From positions 1 through 64,000 of IMG/VR virus record IMGVR_UViG_2802428989_000001: a DNA stretch of 64,000 nt. One strand, given 5' to 3'. Source of the stretch: a virus. Shown in pieces: positions 1 through 9,199 of this stretch. Each line of letters begins with the position of its first letter. Position 1 is the stretch's first letter. A program made the translations under genes and the position numbers. The notes below the pieces were generated by a model. That model was not told where the DNA came from. It saw nothing but the letters and a program-made list of their open reading frames with translations, and searched no databases.

Positions 1-1449
1 ATGCGATGCCCAACCCCTCAACTCAAGGGCTATCCCGACAAGACTGCGGCAGCCGACGAGCTAGCCCGTCGCTATCGGAATCCACCGAAGGCCGTCAAGC
101 CGTACGAGTGCGACTGCGGAGCGTGGCACCTCACGCCGCGCCAGCGCGCAGGGCGCGGCGAAGGCAAGCCTTACAAGCGCGGGGATGGCATGTGGATCTG
201 CGCGGTGACCGTGCCGGGTGCAGACGGCAAACAGAGGCGAAAAACAGTCTCAGCGAAGGACCGCGGTGCGGCACTCGATCGGCGCAAGAAGCTGCTGGAG
301 GACATCGCCAAGGGAAACATCATCCAGTCACCCAAGATCACGGTCGGCCAGTGGCTCGATCACTGGCTCGAAACCATCCACAAGCCGAATGTGAAGCCCA
401 AGACCTACCGCTACTACGAATCGGGGATTCGTCTGCTGATCAAGCCACACATCGGCAACAAACAGCTCGCCAAGCTGACACCCGAGGATGTTCGCACGGT
501 TATCAAGAAGATCAATGAAACGGGCTCGACACGGAACGCGGTCAAGGCGCATCAGATTCTTCAGAAGGCGCTCAAGGGTGCGATCAACGAAGGCGTGCTT
601 GAGCGCAACGTCGCCACGATGGTCAAGAAGCCCAGCCATGTGACTGCGGAGATTCAGCCGTTTACTGCGCCCGAGGCCAAGCACATCATGAGAACCGCGA
701 TCGACTTGAACGATCCTCTGGCGGATCGTTGGAGTTTCGGGTTCCTGACGGTGGCCCGCCCGAGCGAACTGAACGGCCTTGAATGGAGCCGGGTCGACTT
801 CGAGAACAAGGTCTTGGATCTGTCCTGGCAGCTACAAGAGCTGACGAATAAGAGGCACGGGTGCGGAGAGCCCAACGGCGATGGTGTCTACCCCTGCAAG
901 CGAAAGCGTGCGGCTTGGTGCCCAAAGGCGGAGTACGACTTCCAACCTGGCTTCGAGTATCGCCCCTGTCACGGTACGCAGGTGTGGACTCGCCCCAAGA
1001 CGGCCGCGGGGAAACGTTCCCTTCCGCTCATCAAGCCACTGGAAACTATGTTGCGCTTGCGATTAGAGCGCCAGAAGCCCGGACACCTGGACCTGGTCTG
1101 GGCTCACGATGACGGTCGGCCGTATGGCCCAACGGAGATGAATGAGCGATGGCATGCGCTCATGGTGGCCGCTGGGTTCGAGTTTGATGAATCCGTTACT
1201 GACCGTAATGAAATTGAGATCGAATCTGGAGACTCGGAAGTCCCAGATTTGCCTAGCCGAATGCTCTATGCGACAAGGCACACTGCCGCAACGCTTTTGA
1301 TGGAACTGAAGGTTCCAGAAGATGTGCGGATGGCGATAATGGGTCAGAGTTCTGTTGTCGCGCATCGCGGTTACGTCCATGTGGACCAGACGCAGACGAA
1401 GGCAGCATTGTCAAAACTGACCAAGTTGTTGAATCCAGCGCTACATTGA
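1..1449 (+). CDS. int: Tyrosine integrase (site-specific recombinase). The ORF starts at base 1, so the true start may lie upstream of the window.
   Basis: C-terminal catalytic residues R..H..R..Y are present ('RHTAATLLMEL...VVAHRGYVHVD'). N-terminal SAM-like domain. Position at the genome end, divergent from a repressor-like gene. Confidence 0.9.
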   Translation: MRCPTPQLKGYPDKTAAADELARRYRNPPKAVKPYECDCGAWHLTPRQRAGRGEGKPYKRGDGMWICAVTVPGADGKQRRKTVSAKDRGAALDRRKKLLEDIAKGNIIQSPKITVGQWLDHWLETIHKPNVKPKTYRYYESGIRLLIKPHIGNKQLAKLTPEDVRTVIKKINETGSTRNAVKAHQILQKALKGAINEGVLERNVATMVKKPSHVTAEIQPFTAPEAKHIMRTAIDLNDPLADRWSFGFLTVARPSELNGLEWSRVDFENKVLDLSWQLQELTNKRHGCGEPNGDGVYPCKRKRAAWCPKAEYDFQPGFEYRPCHGTQVWTRPKTAAGKRSLPLIKPLETMLRLRLERQKPGHLDLVWAHDDGRPYGPTEMNERWHALMVAAGFEFDESVTDRNEIEIESGDSEVPDLPSRMLYATRHTAATLLMELKVPEDVRMAIMGQSSVVAHRGYVHVDQTQTKAALSKLTKLLNPALH

Positions 1450-1876
1450 GTCCCACGCGGGGGCTGTCAATTGGCAGGCTGCGCGCCGTAAAGCATCGTT
1501 GCCACGGCTGTGGGGCGCTTGTGGCGTATGGGAACAGGGGACGATCTTGTTTGTAGCCATATACCCCTCTGTCGGCGAGGTCATCTATCACCATGTCGGG
1601 CCGCACGCGATGGTGTACATCGGTCAGTTGGTTCAGCTTGTCACGGGTTCGATAGTGGTGATCCCTTGCCGGCGCGTCAACGCGACACAACTCGCGGTCC
1701 AGTTCTACGCGCTTCGGCACCAGGATGTGTGGATAGAAACAGGTGATGGCCTACTGACCCATGTATCGGTGCCCATCGATTTGTCGTGGCAGGATGGTCC
1801 CTGTAGCGCTTCGATCGATATGAGAAAAGGACCGAGGAGGCGACTGGGTGGCGGTCGCCTGCTGATCTGCTGAGTC

Positions 1877-2365
1877 CTACTTTGATGCTCTGGTCCGACG
1901 CGTCGTCTTTTTCGGGGCTTCGGGCTCCGGTTTAGTCTTGGAGCCCAATACTTTTGGGGCGCTCTCAGCGTTCCCGTCGTCATCACTTTCGCTTGCTTTG
2001 ATCATCTCTCGTAGTAACGACAGCATTAGACCAAGCTGAGCGTCGCCCAGTTTCTCGGCACCAGGGGGAAGCATGGCTGCCAGTCGTGAAACATCGTCTT
2101 CGACGGGCAGGCCGACCGATCGTGCTATCGACAGCAATATGACATCGAGTTTCACATTGAGTGCGCGAGCCATGCCCTCTATCGATGCTGGTTCTGGGAA
2201 CTCTTTGACCTTGATTCCATTGGTGATCTGGTTCCAGCGTTGTGCCTTCACCACTCCACCGCTGGCGTCCTCCAGATCCTTGTACGTCCGATCACCCTTG
2301 AGGGTGAGTATCAAGTCTTGGAGAGTCAACCCATCCTCATCGCTACTCGCGTTGGTTACAGGCAT
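1877..2365 (-). CDS. Immunity-repressor-like DNA-binding protein (HTH) with an acidic/Lys-rich tail.
   Basis: Transcribed divergently from a Cro-like gene next to int. HTH-like segment 'TYKDLEDASGGVVKAQRWNQITNG'. The upstream intergenic region carries five copies of an 8-mer. Confidence 0.5.
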   Translation of the reverse strand: MPVTNASSDEDGLTLQDLILTLKGDRTYKDLEDASGGVVKAQRWNQITNGIKVKEFPEPASIEGMARALNVKLDVILLSIARSVGLPVEDDVSRLAAMLPPGAEKLGDAQLGLMLSLLREMIKASESDDDGNAESAPKVLGSKTKPEPEAPKKTTRRTRASK

Positions 2366-2388
2366 CTTGTCTTCCGATCGTCGGTGGT

Positions 2389-2612
2389 CACTAGTAGTTA
2401 GCGGTCCTGTCAGTTCTATTTGAGCTTGAAATTACCGGTAATGCAACTAGTAGCTCGTGGTTGCTGAACTTTACAACATCACTGCTCAGTGCGCAGGGCT
2501 TCGTTAGTCCACCCGCGTGGCGGGCTAGTAGATTCGCTGGACACGGCATATCAGTGGTTGACAGAGCAGTAGCTAGTAGTTGATGATCTACGCATCCCGT
2601 TCACCTACTAGT
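2389..2612. promoter_or_regulatory. Divergent promoter/operator region of the immunity switch, with five copies of ACTAGTAG (one inverted).
   Basis: ACTAGTAG at 2389-2396, 2445-2452, 2524-2531 (GCTAGTAG), 2572-2579 and, inverted, 2605-2612. TTGACA at 2558-2563. The region lies between the divergent genes at 2365 and 2630. Confidence 0.55.
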
Positions 2613-2629
2613 CACCACATCGTTGCGAG

Positions 2630-2941
2630 GTGGCGCTGAAGGGTTGTGAAAACGTGGCGCACGATGTCAGATCGGTCGAGGTCAAGAACCTACCGCTGCT
2701 GCGCAGCCTGGTTGGTCCTGAACCTGAGAAGCTGATGACGGCCCGTAACCTGGCTCAAAGAATCGGCAAGCACCCATCTTTCATCGGCCACCTCCTCAGT
2801 GGCGATCCTGATCGTTGTCGAACCTTCTCTATCGAAGTGGCGCAGGCGATTTCGGTGGCTCTCGGCGTGAAGATGTCGAATCTTTTTCAGCCCGCGTCGT
2901 CAATTACCAGACAACGACGCACCAACCAGCAGGCGAGCTAA
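2630..2941 (+). CDS. XRE-family HTH transcriptional regulator (Cro-like).
   Basis: Classic HTH_3 segment 'LMTARNLAQRIGKHPSFIGHLLSG'. First rightward gene after the operator region. Confidence 0.6.
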   Translation: MALKGCENVAHDVRSVEVKNLPLLRSLVGPEPEKLMTARNLAQRIGKHPSFIGHLLSGDPDRCRTFSIEVAQAISVALGVKMSNLFQPASSITRQRRTNQQAS

Positions 2942-3177
2942 TGTCCGATCTGATCACCGGCGAGATCACAGTCGGAATGGAACCGATCTTCGTACCCAAG
3001 AAAGTCGCCGCTAGGGCGCTGGGTGAGATCTCCCTGAACAAGCTGAACGAACTCATTAGGACAGGTCGTATCAATCCCCGAGTTTTAGACGGACGCGTGA
3101 TGTTCACGCCCGAAGAGTTGCGGAGATTTGCTGCCGAGCTGCCCTCATGGGAGCCCCCAGAGAGTCGGGGGCACTGA
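2941..3177 (+). CDS. Excisionase-like / MerR-type HTH DNA-binding protein.
   Basis: ATG at 2941 overlaps the upstream stop (TAATG). 'VAARALGEISLNKLNELIRTGRI' HTH. Small gene beside int and the repressor. Confidence 0.45.
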   Translation: MSDLITGEITVGMEPIFVPKKVAARALGEISLNKLNELIRTGRINPRVLDGRVMFTPEELRRFAAELPSWEPPESRGH

Positions 3178-4529
3178 TGGCACTGAAACTCGGTTCACTA
3201 TTTTCGGGCGCTGGAGGCCTGGATCTTGGTGTCGCTTCCATCTTCGACGCTGAGACCGTCTGGGTCTGCGAATTCAACAAAGACGCTCAGAAGGTGCTCG
3301 CGGCCCGCTTTCCGGGTCTACCCAACTTGATCGACGTGACCACCGTGGACTGGGCGACGGTAGAGGGTGTTGACATCCTGTGCGGCGGTTTCCCATGCCA
3401 GGACGTGAGTTGCGCGGGTGTTCGCAAGGGGCTTACCGAGGGGACGCGCTCTGGTCTCTGGTCCTACTTCGCCGAGGCTATCTCTGTGCTTCGCCCGAAG
3501 TTCGTCGTCATCGAGAACGTGAGGGGACTGCTCAGTGCAACCGCCGATCGCAACATGGAACCCAACGACTCAGACCTGGGAGAAGACGCAGGACAACCTA
3601 CACTCAACGCAGCCGGAGCCGTACTCGGAGACCTGGCCGGACTCGGGTACAACGCGAGCTGGCGGACTGTATCCGCGTCATGGTGGGGAGCCCCGCATCA
3701 GCGCGAGCGAGTCTTCATCCTTGCCTATCGTGCCGACCTCACGGCGACAGAAGTCGAAGAAGCAATCCGACCCGAATCAGGGGTCCATTTTGGACTGATC
3801 ACCGCCGAGTCGGGTGATCTGCTGCCGACACCCACCGCTGGCTACTACACGCGCGGGTCAAAGCATTTGATGCTGCCGTACGTCGCTCAGTATGCAACCG
3901 GCCACGATCCGGTGCCCGATCGGCCAGATCTAAAGGGTCGTCCTGATCCACTTCTGCCTACACCTATTGCGCTCCAGAACAACACACACAACAGCGCAGG
4001 TAAGCCGATGCTGACCGGACTGGTCAAGGAGTTGTTTCCGACGCCGACAGCGAGCGACGGAAACGGCGCTGGACCACACGGTGACGGCGGCCCGGATCTG
4101 CGGACGGTGGTCAGCGGCATGTTCCCGCTGATGCCTACGCCGGTGGCGTCCGACGACCGAAACGGCGTGCACCCCGACAAACGGCGGAGCTACGGCATCG
4201 GTGCGTCGATCGTCCAGATCGTTGATCTCGCTGTCGCCTACGGCGAACCCGAGTGGCACCAGTACGACCCGGCGATCAAGCGATGGGAGGCGCTGTTTCG
4301 TCCAGCGCCGTATCCCGTGGTACCCGGCAACGGGTCGCCTCAGCTCAACCCTCGGTTCTCCGAGTGGATGATGGGCTGGCCGCAGGATTGGGTCAACATC
4401 GACGGCCTGTCTCGTCGCGTCCAGAACCGCATCTGTGGCAATGGCGTCGTGCCGCAACAGGCCGCTGGCGCGCTGCGCTGGATGCTCAGTGACCTAATCG
4501 CAGAGCTGAATGCGGCGGTGGCGGCATGA
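3177..4529 (+). CDS. DNA (cytosine-5)-methyltransferase.
   Basis: Motif I 'FSGAGGLDLG', motif IV 'GFPCQDVS', motif VI 'VIENVRGL', motif VIII 'QRERVFILAY', motif X 'GNGVVP'. An alternative start is ATG 3147. Confidence 0.9.
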   Translation: MALKLGSLFSGAGGLDLGVASIFDAETVWVCEFNKDAQKVLAARFPGLPNLIDVTTVDWATVEGVDILCGGFPCQDVSCAGVRKGLTEGTRSGLWSYFAEAISVLRPKFVVIENVRGLLSATADRNMEPNDSDLGEDAGQPTLNAAGAVLGDLAGLGYNASWRTVSASWWGAPHQRERVFILAYRADLTATEVEEAIRPESGVHFGLITAESGDLLPTPTAGYYTRGSKHLMLPYVAQYATGHDPVPDRPDLKGRPDPLLPTPIALQNNTHNSAGKPMLTGLVKELFPTPTASDGNGAGPHGDGGPDLRTVVSGMFPLMPTPVASDDRNGVHPDKRRSYGIGASIVQIVDLAVAYGEPEWHQYDPAIKRWEALFRPAPYPVVPGNGSPQLNPRFSEWMMGWPQDWVNIDGLSRRVQNRICGNGVVPQQAAGALRWMLSDLIAELNAAVAA

Positions 4530-5293
4530 GCGCCGTCGACCAGTACATACCCGTAGCCGGGCTGCTGGAGCCACTGGGGCTGACCTGGAGTCATCAGACA
4601 TCTCTCGCTGCGCTACTCGCGGCCAACGATGAGGGCAAAGATCTCGCAGCCTGGGACCGAATCGATCTCAAGGCGTATCAGATCGCAACTGCGGAGATGG
4701 AGATGGTCAGCATCCTTCCGACCTTCGTCCACGACCAGCTCAAAGCGATCGCGGTTCCCGACCGAATCGTGTACTACCGCCACAACTTCTATCTGATGGG
4801 CATTGAGACGGGCGCGGAAGTTCATCGCTCGACGATCGCACTCATGGCGTTGGCCGCGCGAGGCAAGAGCTACGACCCCGCGGCTAAAAAACGCATCAAG
4901 GGTCTACCGATGGACATCGACCGCGGGCTGATCGTGCACATCCCCGAGGGTGCAAAGAAGGCCACCGTGCACTGGGTCAATCTGCTACGCGGATGGGGCG
5001 ATGTGTCGCTGGCACACAGGCTCTCTGAGCTTCGCAAGCGCACTGTCAAGGACTACATCGCGCCCGTGCGGCGTCCCGACGACCGGCCCAAGAACGCTCA
5101 GGCTTACCGCCGTCGCGGCCAGTTCGACAACTTTTCCAACAGGACACGCAAGCGGTTCGACGTACTCGCAGCACGTGCGAAGGACATCGAAGAGCTGCGC
5201 GACGTGTACACGCGAGCGCACAAGAACATTGCGCTCACCCCCAGCTTCAAAGAGGCATGCAAACGACGGCTAGCGGAGCTGTCGGCCTCCTAG
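4526..5293 (+). CDS. Hypothetical protein; degenerate paralog of the RecB/Cas4-like nuclease at 8235 with the nuclease motifs lost.
   Basis: Shares 'PDRI', 'IVHIPEGAKKATVHWVNLLRGWGDVSLAHRL' and the C-terminal 'IEELRD...FKEACKRRLAELSAS' with 8235..9164. The D-x-K and QxxxY positions are replaced ('YLMGIETG', 'ALMAL'). Confidence 0.5.
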   Translation: MSAVDQYIPVAGLLEPLGLTWSHQTSLAALLAANDEGKDLAAWDRIDLKAYQIATAEMEMVSILPTFVHDQLKAIAVPDRIVYYRHNFYLMGIETGAEVHRSTIALMALAARGKSYDPAAKKRIKGLPMDIDRGLIVHIPEGAKKATVHWVNLLRGWGDVSLAHRLSELRKRTVKDYIAPVRRPDDRPKNAQAYRRRGQFDNFSNRTRKRFDVLAARAKDIEELRDVYTRAHKNIALTPSFKEACKRRLAELSAS

Positions 5294-5335
5294 AAGGGCA
5301 TCACAACAACGACACCAACGAATGGAAGGAATGAG

Positions 5336-5443
5336 ATGTCATCCAAGGAAACGACTTTCGGTGACTACGCGTCCTGGCTGATGTTAGCCATGACCGGGCC
5401 GATCGTCGCGGCGGCGTACCTGATCCGAGTGGGGGCGTTCTGA
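5336..5443 (+). CDS. Small membrane protein (35 aa), not in the ORF track.
   Basis: RBS 'GGAAGGAATGAGATG'. Hydrophobic 'WLMLAMTGPIVAAAYLI'. The stop overlaps the next start (TGATG). GC-rich third positions. Confidence 0.35.
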   Translation: MSSKETTFGDYASWLMLAMTGPIVAAAYLIRVGAF

Positions 5444-5766
5444 TGGACACCAACTACCCGACGTACCCCAGCGGCACCATCGCGTACTGGGTATGCCCAC
5501 GCAACGACAATCATGTCTCGGTGCTGCTGCGCGACGCCAACGGCTGGAACCTATCCGGCGTCGCTGAGCATGGCAATTTCACCATGTTCATGGAGCCGCT
5601 GAAGTTGGGGCTTGCGCTGTTGACGGGTCATTCGATTCCGGTCATCAGCGACCAGGACTTCCACGAACTCCAGCAGGGACCCAAGCCGATGGTCGTGACC
5701 ATCGTGCACATTCCCACCGCGCCGTTGGTCACCGACGAGGACGAAGAGGTGGCCGACCATGCGTGA
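5443..5766 (+). CDS. Hypothetical protein (paralog of 5759..6307).
   Basis: 'CPRNDNHVSVLLRDANGW' resembles 'CPDNDNHAVFGLRAEDGW' in the next gene. Operon-style overlaps. Confidence 0.55.
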   Translation: MDTNYPTYPSGTIAYWVCPRNDNHVSVLLRDANGWNLSGVAEHGNFTMFMEPLKLGLALLTGHSIPVISDQDFHELQQGPKPMVVTIVHIPTAPLVTDEDEEVADHA

Positions 5767-6307
5767 GTATCCCATGGGCTCAATGGTGTTCACCATCTGC
5801 CCGGACAACGACAACCATGCAGTCTTCGGTCTGCGCGCCGAGGACGGCTGGTATCTCATGCAGGTCACCGAATCGAGCACGCTCAAGATCACCCAAGAGC
5901 CGTCCACCGACGAGGAGATAATGGGCGATCTGGATATGACGTGGATCGTCTGCCGTGACCCGTTGATGACGATCATCGGGCCGGACAAGACGAGGCCGGA
6001 TGAGTGTCCCAGTGGCAGCATCATTTTCAGCCGCATGGAGGATCATCCGTTCGCGATCGTCGCTGGCTTGAAAACGCTGGACGGCTGGGAATTTGCACGT
6101 ATCAACCCCGACGGCAAGTTTGAGGCGATGGCGTTCATCCATCACCTACTGACTCACCACCTGGGGATGAACGTCGGACTACCGCAGGACAGCAACGTGT
6201 TTGGCAGTGAAGACGTTGACCCGCGGTACGTGATCGGCGGTGACTGGACGATCGTCCACGTTCCTACGGTCGTCACCACCCCCGTATCGAAGGCGGCGGA
6301 GAACTGA
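5759..6307 (+). CDS. Hypothetical protein (paralog of 5443..5766, longer).
   Basis: Shared N-terminal motif with the previous gene. The start overlaps the previous stop. Confidence 0.55.
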   Translation: MREYPMGSMVFTICPDNDNHAVFGLRAEDGWYLMQVTESSTLKITQEPSTDEEIMGDLDMTWIVCRDPLMTIIGPDKTRPDECPSGSIIFSRMEDHPFAIVAGLKTLDGWEFARINPDGKFEAMAFIHHLLTHHLGMNVGLPQDSNVFGSEDVDPRYVIGGDWTIVHVPTVVTTPVSKAAEN

Positions 6308-6834
6308 TGGACCTGATCGTGGTGGACCTGGAGACCACAGGTCTTGACACCGATGTTCACTCGATCCTGGAGGTGGCGGCTGTCAATGTCGCCACCGGCC
6401 AGGAACTCTACTTCGTGCCCTACATCAAGCCTGATCAGATGATGATGGCCGACCCGGAAGCGCTGCGTATCAACAGGTATTACGAACGCGGTGTGTTCCG
6501 CAAGATGCTCAAGAGTCCCGACGACAACGTCCAAGCCTATCGCGAGCTGTTCGACATGCTGAAAGACAACAGGCTCGGCGGCGCTAACCCCCGTTTCGAC
6601 GCCGACATGCTGGTCAAAGCAACTGGCTACGCGGAGTCTTGGCACTATCGGCTGGCCGATGTGTGCGCGTACGTCAGCGGCGCTCTGGGATTCGACCCTA
6701 GCGACATTCGCGGCCTGCATGACATGTGCGTATCGCTATCGGTGGACACCGGCACTGAGCACAGCGCCCTAGACGACGCCAGGGCGACCGCAGCATGCTT
6801 CCGGGCCGCCGCACTGGGACCCCGGAGTCGATGA
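6307..6834 (+). CDS. DnaQ-like 3'-5' exonuclease (DEDDh family).
   Basis: Exo I 'VVDLETTGLD' and Exo III 'HSALDDARA'. Confidence 0.85.
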   Translation: MDLIVVDLETTGLDTDVHSILEVAAVNVATGQELYFVPYIKPDQMMMADPEALRINRYYERGVFRKMLKSPDDNVQAYRELFDMLKDNRLGGANPRFDADMLVKATGYAESWHYRLADVCAYVSGALGFDPSDIRGLHDMCVSLSVDTGTEHSALDDARATAACFRAAALGPRSR

Positions 6835-7247
6835 TGGGAAGGTTTAAAGAGTGGTTCGGCCAACTCGTGCAACAGCTTCCGTCGCAAGACGTGGAGGCGC
6901 GTGTCGAGGTCGACAACTGGCTGACTGCGGGCAACAACCTGATCGTGGAGGCCGGCGCGCAGGATCATCAGTTGTTCCTGCGCATGAACGGTAGTGACTG
7001 GCCGCTGCGATCGGGCACGTACGCCCTGGCGACTAGCCAGGGGCGGCGGCTGCTGCTGTCAACGCACTGGGACGAAGTTGACGACTGGGCGGTCTACGTC
7101 GGCACCGAGACGGTAGACCAGCACGACACACCCCCGGTGTGGGACGTGAAGTTCCGCATCGTCCCCTTTCACCGAGTTAGGGACCCACTGGTCATCATCG
7201 CCCTGGAGGACGGGGAGTTCCTGACGGACATTGAGGAGATCGCATGA
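6831..7247 (+). CDS. Hypothetical protein.
   Basis: ATG at 6831 overlaps the upstream stop (ATGA). GC-rich third positions. Confidence 0.55.
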   Translation: MMGRFKEWFGQLVQQLPSQDVEARVEVDNWLTAGNNLIVEAGAQDHQLFLRMNGSDWPLRSGTYALATSQGRRLLLSTHWDEVDDWAVYVGTETVDQHDTPPVWDVKFRIVPFHRVRDPLVIIALEDGEFLTDIEEIA

Positions 7248-7963
7248 CACTCGCACTGGTCACCGACGACATGACGACAGGTGTTCTGAAAACAACTGAT
7301 GGCGAGCGTAACTCGCGCAAGAAGCTGTACTGGAAACGTCGGCGAGAAGCGCTATCGGGCGTCGCGCTGGAACGCTTGGCAGATCTTGGTATTGAGTTCC
7401 CGGTGGTCGCGGGAACCATGACTATCCCCGAGGTTTGCGACTACTTCGGAATCAGCCGTTCGACACTGACCAACATAGCCCGCCAGTACTACGAAGAGCT
7501 GATCGAGGTCGGTTACATGCCCGGCAGCGTGACACAGCCGACGCGGTACAGCGAGTTGGCGCTTGCGCATGTTGCGATGATCCTGCGACCCAGCACATCT
7601 GACCAGGCGATGATCATCCAGAAGGCACTAGGCATCTACCGCGCACCTCGCGGAGCCGTCAAGGTCCACAACCAGAGTGGTGCTCACGTCAAGGTCTGCG
7701 GCCGCGTGCTCGATGAGGCATACAAGCTGATCAGTGAGATTCGCGAGGATGACCCCGAAGAGGTTTGGAAGGCGCTGGAGAAACGCAATCGTCATGAGCT
7801 GCAAGTGCTCACGGTGGCGTTGGCGGCGCTAGTGCCGAATGACCGCGGTGGACTGCGCGCTTGGCTGGCCGAAATCGGTCTGGGCATCCGCTCGGACGCT
7901 CAGAACAAGGCAGCGGTCGGGCTGGCCAGCTTGGTCCCGAGTCGTCAGCAGGTGTCTGAGTGA
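7244..7963 (+). CDS. Hypothetical DNA-binding protein (HTH).
   Basis: 'IPEVCDYFGISRSTLTNIARQY' HTH-like. The start overlaps the previous stop. Confidence 0.5.
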   Translation: MTLALVTDDMTTGVLKTTDGERNSRKKLYWKRRREALSGVALERLADLGIEFPVVAGTMTIPEVCDYFGISRSTLTNIARQYYEELIEVGYMPGSVTQPTRYSELALAHVAMILRPSTSDQAMIIQKALGIYRAPRGAVKVHNQSGAHVKVCGRVLDEAYKLISEIREDDPEEVWKALEKRNRHELQVLTVALAALVPNDRGGLRAWLAEIGLGIRSDAQNKAAVGLASLVPSRQQVSE

Positions 7964-8238
7964 ACGAAGTCCCGGCCCGTCGCCGCGCGGTCTACGACGG
8001 TGACGCGCGCGAGGTTGCCAACACCCCCCAACTGCTGGGGCCGTGCTCCCGTGGCATTTTCTGGCGACCCGTGTCAGCGGCGTACGACAGCGAAAACGAC
8101 AACACCACAGTCGTATTCGCACCCGTACCGCGCGACGAGGTGATGGCGATTGCTGCCAAGCAGCTTGACGCACATCGCGAGACGCTGATTGACCTCGCGG
8201 CCAGTGGACTTCTCGATACCAAGGGGACACGCAAGTGA
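7960..8238 (+). CDS. Hypothetical protein.
   Basis: Translationally coupled ORF in the early operon. Confidence 0.45.
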   Translation: MNEVPARRRAVYDGDAREVANTPQLLGPCSRGIFWRPVSAAYDSENDNTTVVFAPVPRDEVMAIAAKQLDAHRETLIDLAASGLLDTKGTRK

Positions 8239-9164
8239 GCGACCAGTTCACCAACGACATTCCACGCGATGGCTGGGGTCGCCCGAAGATCAAGCAGCCA
8301 GACGGCAAGCTCAAGGCTTACCGCCGTACCACCAAGTTCATCAACGTGCTCGAAGACACCTACAACCTGGAGAAGTGGAAGCTGCGCCAGGTGGCACTAG
8401 GCCTGGGGCAGCGTGAAGACCTGGTGCTGGCCGCTGCGTCGTGCACACAAGAGGACAAGGGAACGCTCAACGACGTAGCGCACAAGGCGATGGAGCACGC
8501 GCGGTCATCATCTAAGTCGACCACCGGGACGGCGCTGCACAAGCTGTGCGAGCGCGTGGACCGCGGCGAGCCCTTGGGTTCCATACCGTCGGCATTCGTT
8601 GGTGACATCGAGGCCTATGAGAAGTGTCGCGACGCCAACGGCTTGAAATACAAGCAAATCGAAATGATGCGCGTCCTGCATGACTGGCAGGTCGCCGGCA
8701 CCCCCGACCGGGTTGGGGAGTACCACGGGAAGCACTACATCATCGACGTAAAGACAGGCGACATCACCTGGTCTGAGCGTGAGATCTCGATGCAGCTTGG
8801 CGCATACTCGCGCAGCACCGCGTACACGGCCGATGGCGACGTGGATGACGGGTTCGTGATCGACCAGGACCGCGCGATCGTCATCCATCTGCCCTCCGGT
8901 CAGGGTAAGTGCGAGTTGCACTGGGTGGACATCTCGCGCGGATGGAAGGCATGCCAGCTCGCCAGGCAAGTGTGGGACTGGCGCAGCGAGAGTGGTCTGT
9001 TCGTCCCGATCAGCGAGGACGATCCACTCATCCCGCTCGCGCTGGCCTGCACCACCGTGGAAGAACTTCGCGACCTCTGGCAGACCGCCTATGAGGAGGA
9101 CGCGATTGACGATGCGTTCAAGGTCGTCGTCAAGCGGCGCCTCGCCGAACTCGGCGCAGCGTAA
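8235..9164 (+). CDS. RecB/Cas4-family PD-(D/E)xK exonuclease.
   Basis: 'TPDRV...IIDVKTGD...EREISMQLGAYS' gives the D, (D/E)xK and QxxxY motifs. Typical phage recombination nuclease. Confidence 0.7.
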   Translation: MSDQFTNDIPRDGWGRPKIKQPDGKLKAYRRTTKFINVLEDTYNLEKWKLRQVALGLGQREDLVLAAASCTQEDKGTLNDVAHKAMEHARSSSKSTTGTALHKLCERVDRGEPLGSIPSAFVGDIEAYEKCRDANGLKYKQIEMMRVLHDWQVAGTPDRVGEYHGKHYIIDVKTGDITWSEREISMQLGAYSRSTAYTADGDVDDGFVIDQDRAIVIHLPSGQGKCELHWVDISRGWKACQLARQVWDWRSESGLFVPISEDDPLIPLALACTTVEELRDLWQTAYEEDAIDDAFKVVVKRRLAELGAA

Positions 9165-9199
9165 TCAACAACAACGGCACCATCAACGAAAGGCACGAA

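Noticed and set aside
1450-1876. Possible attP or tRNA-like segment next to int ('GGGTTCGATAGTGGTGATCCC').
   Set aside because: It lacks tRNA T-arm geometry (extra 7 nt between the arms, no acceptor match). No convincing core could be defined without host sequence.
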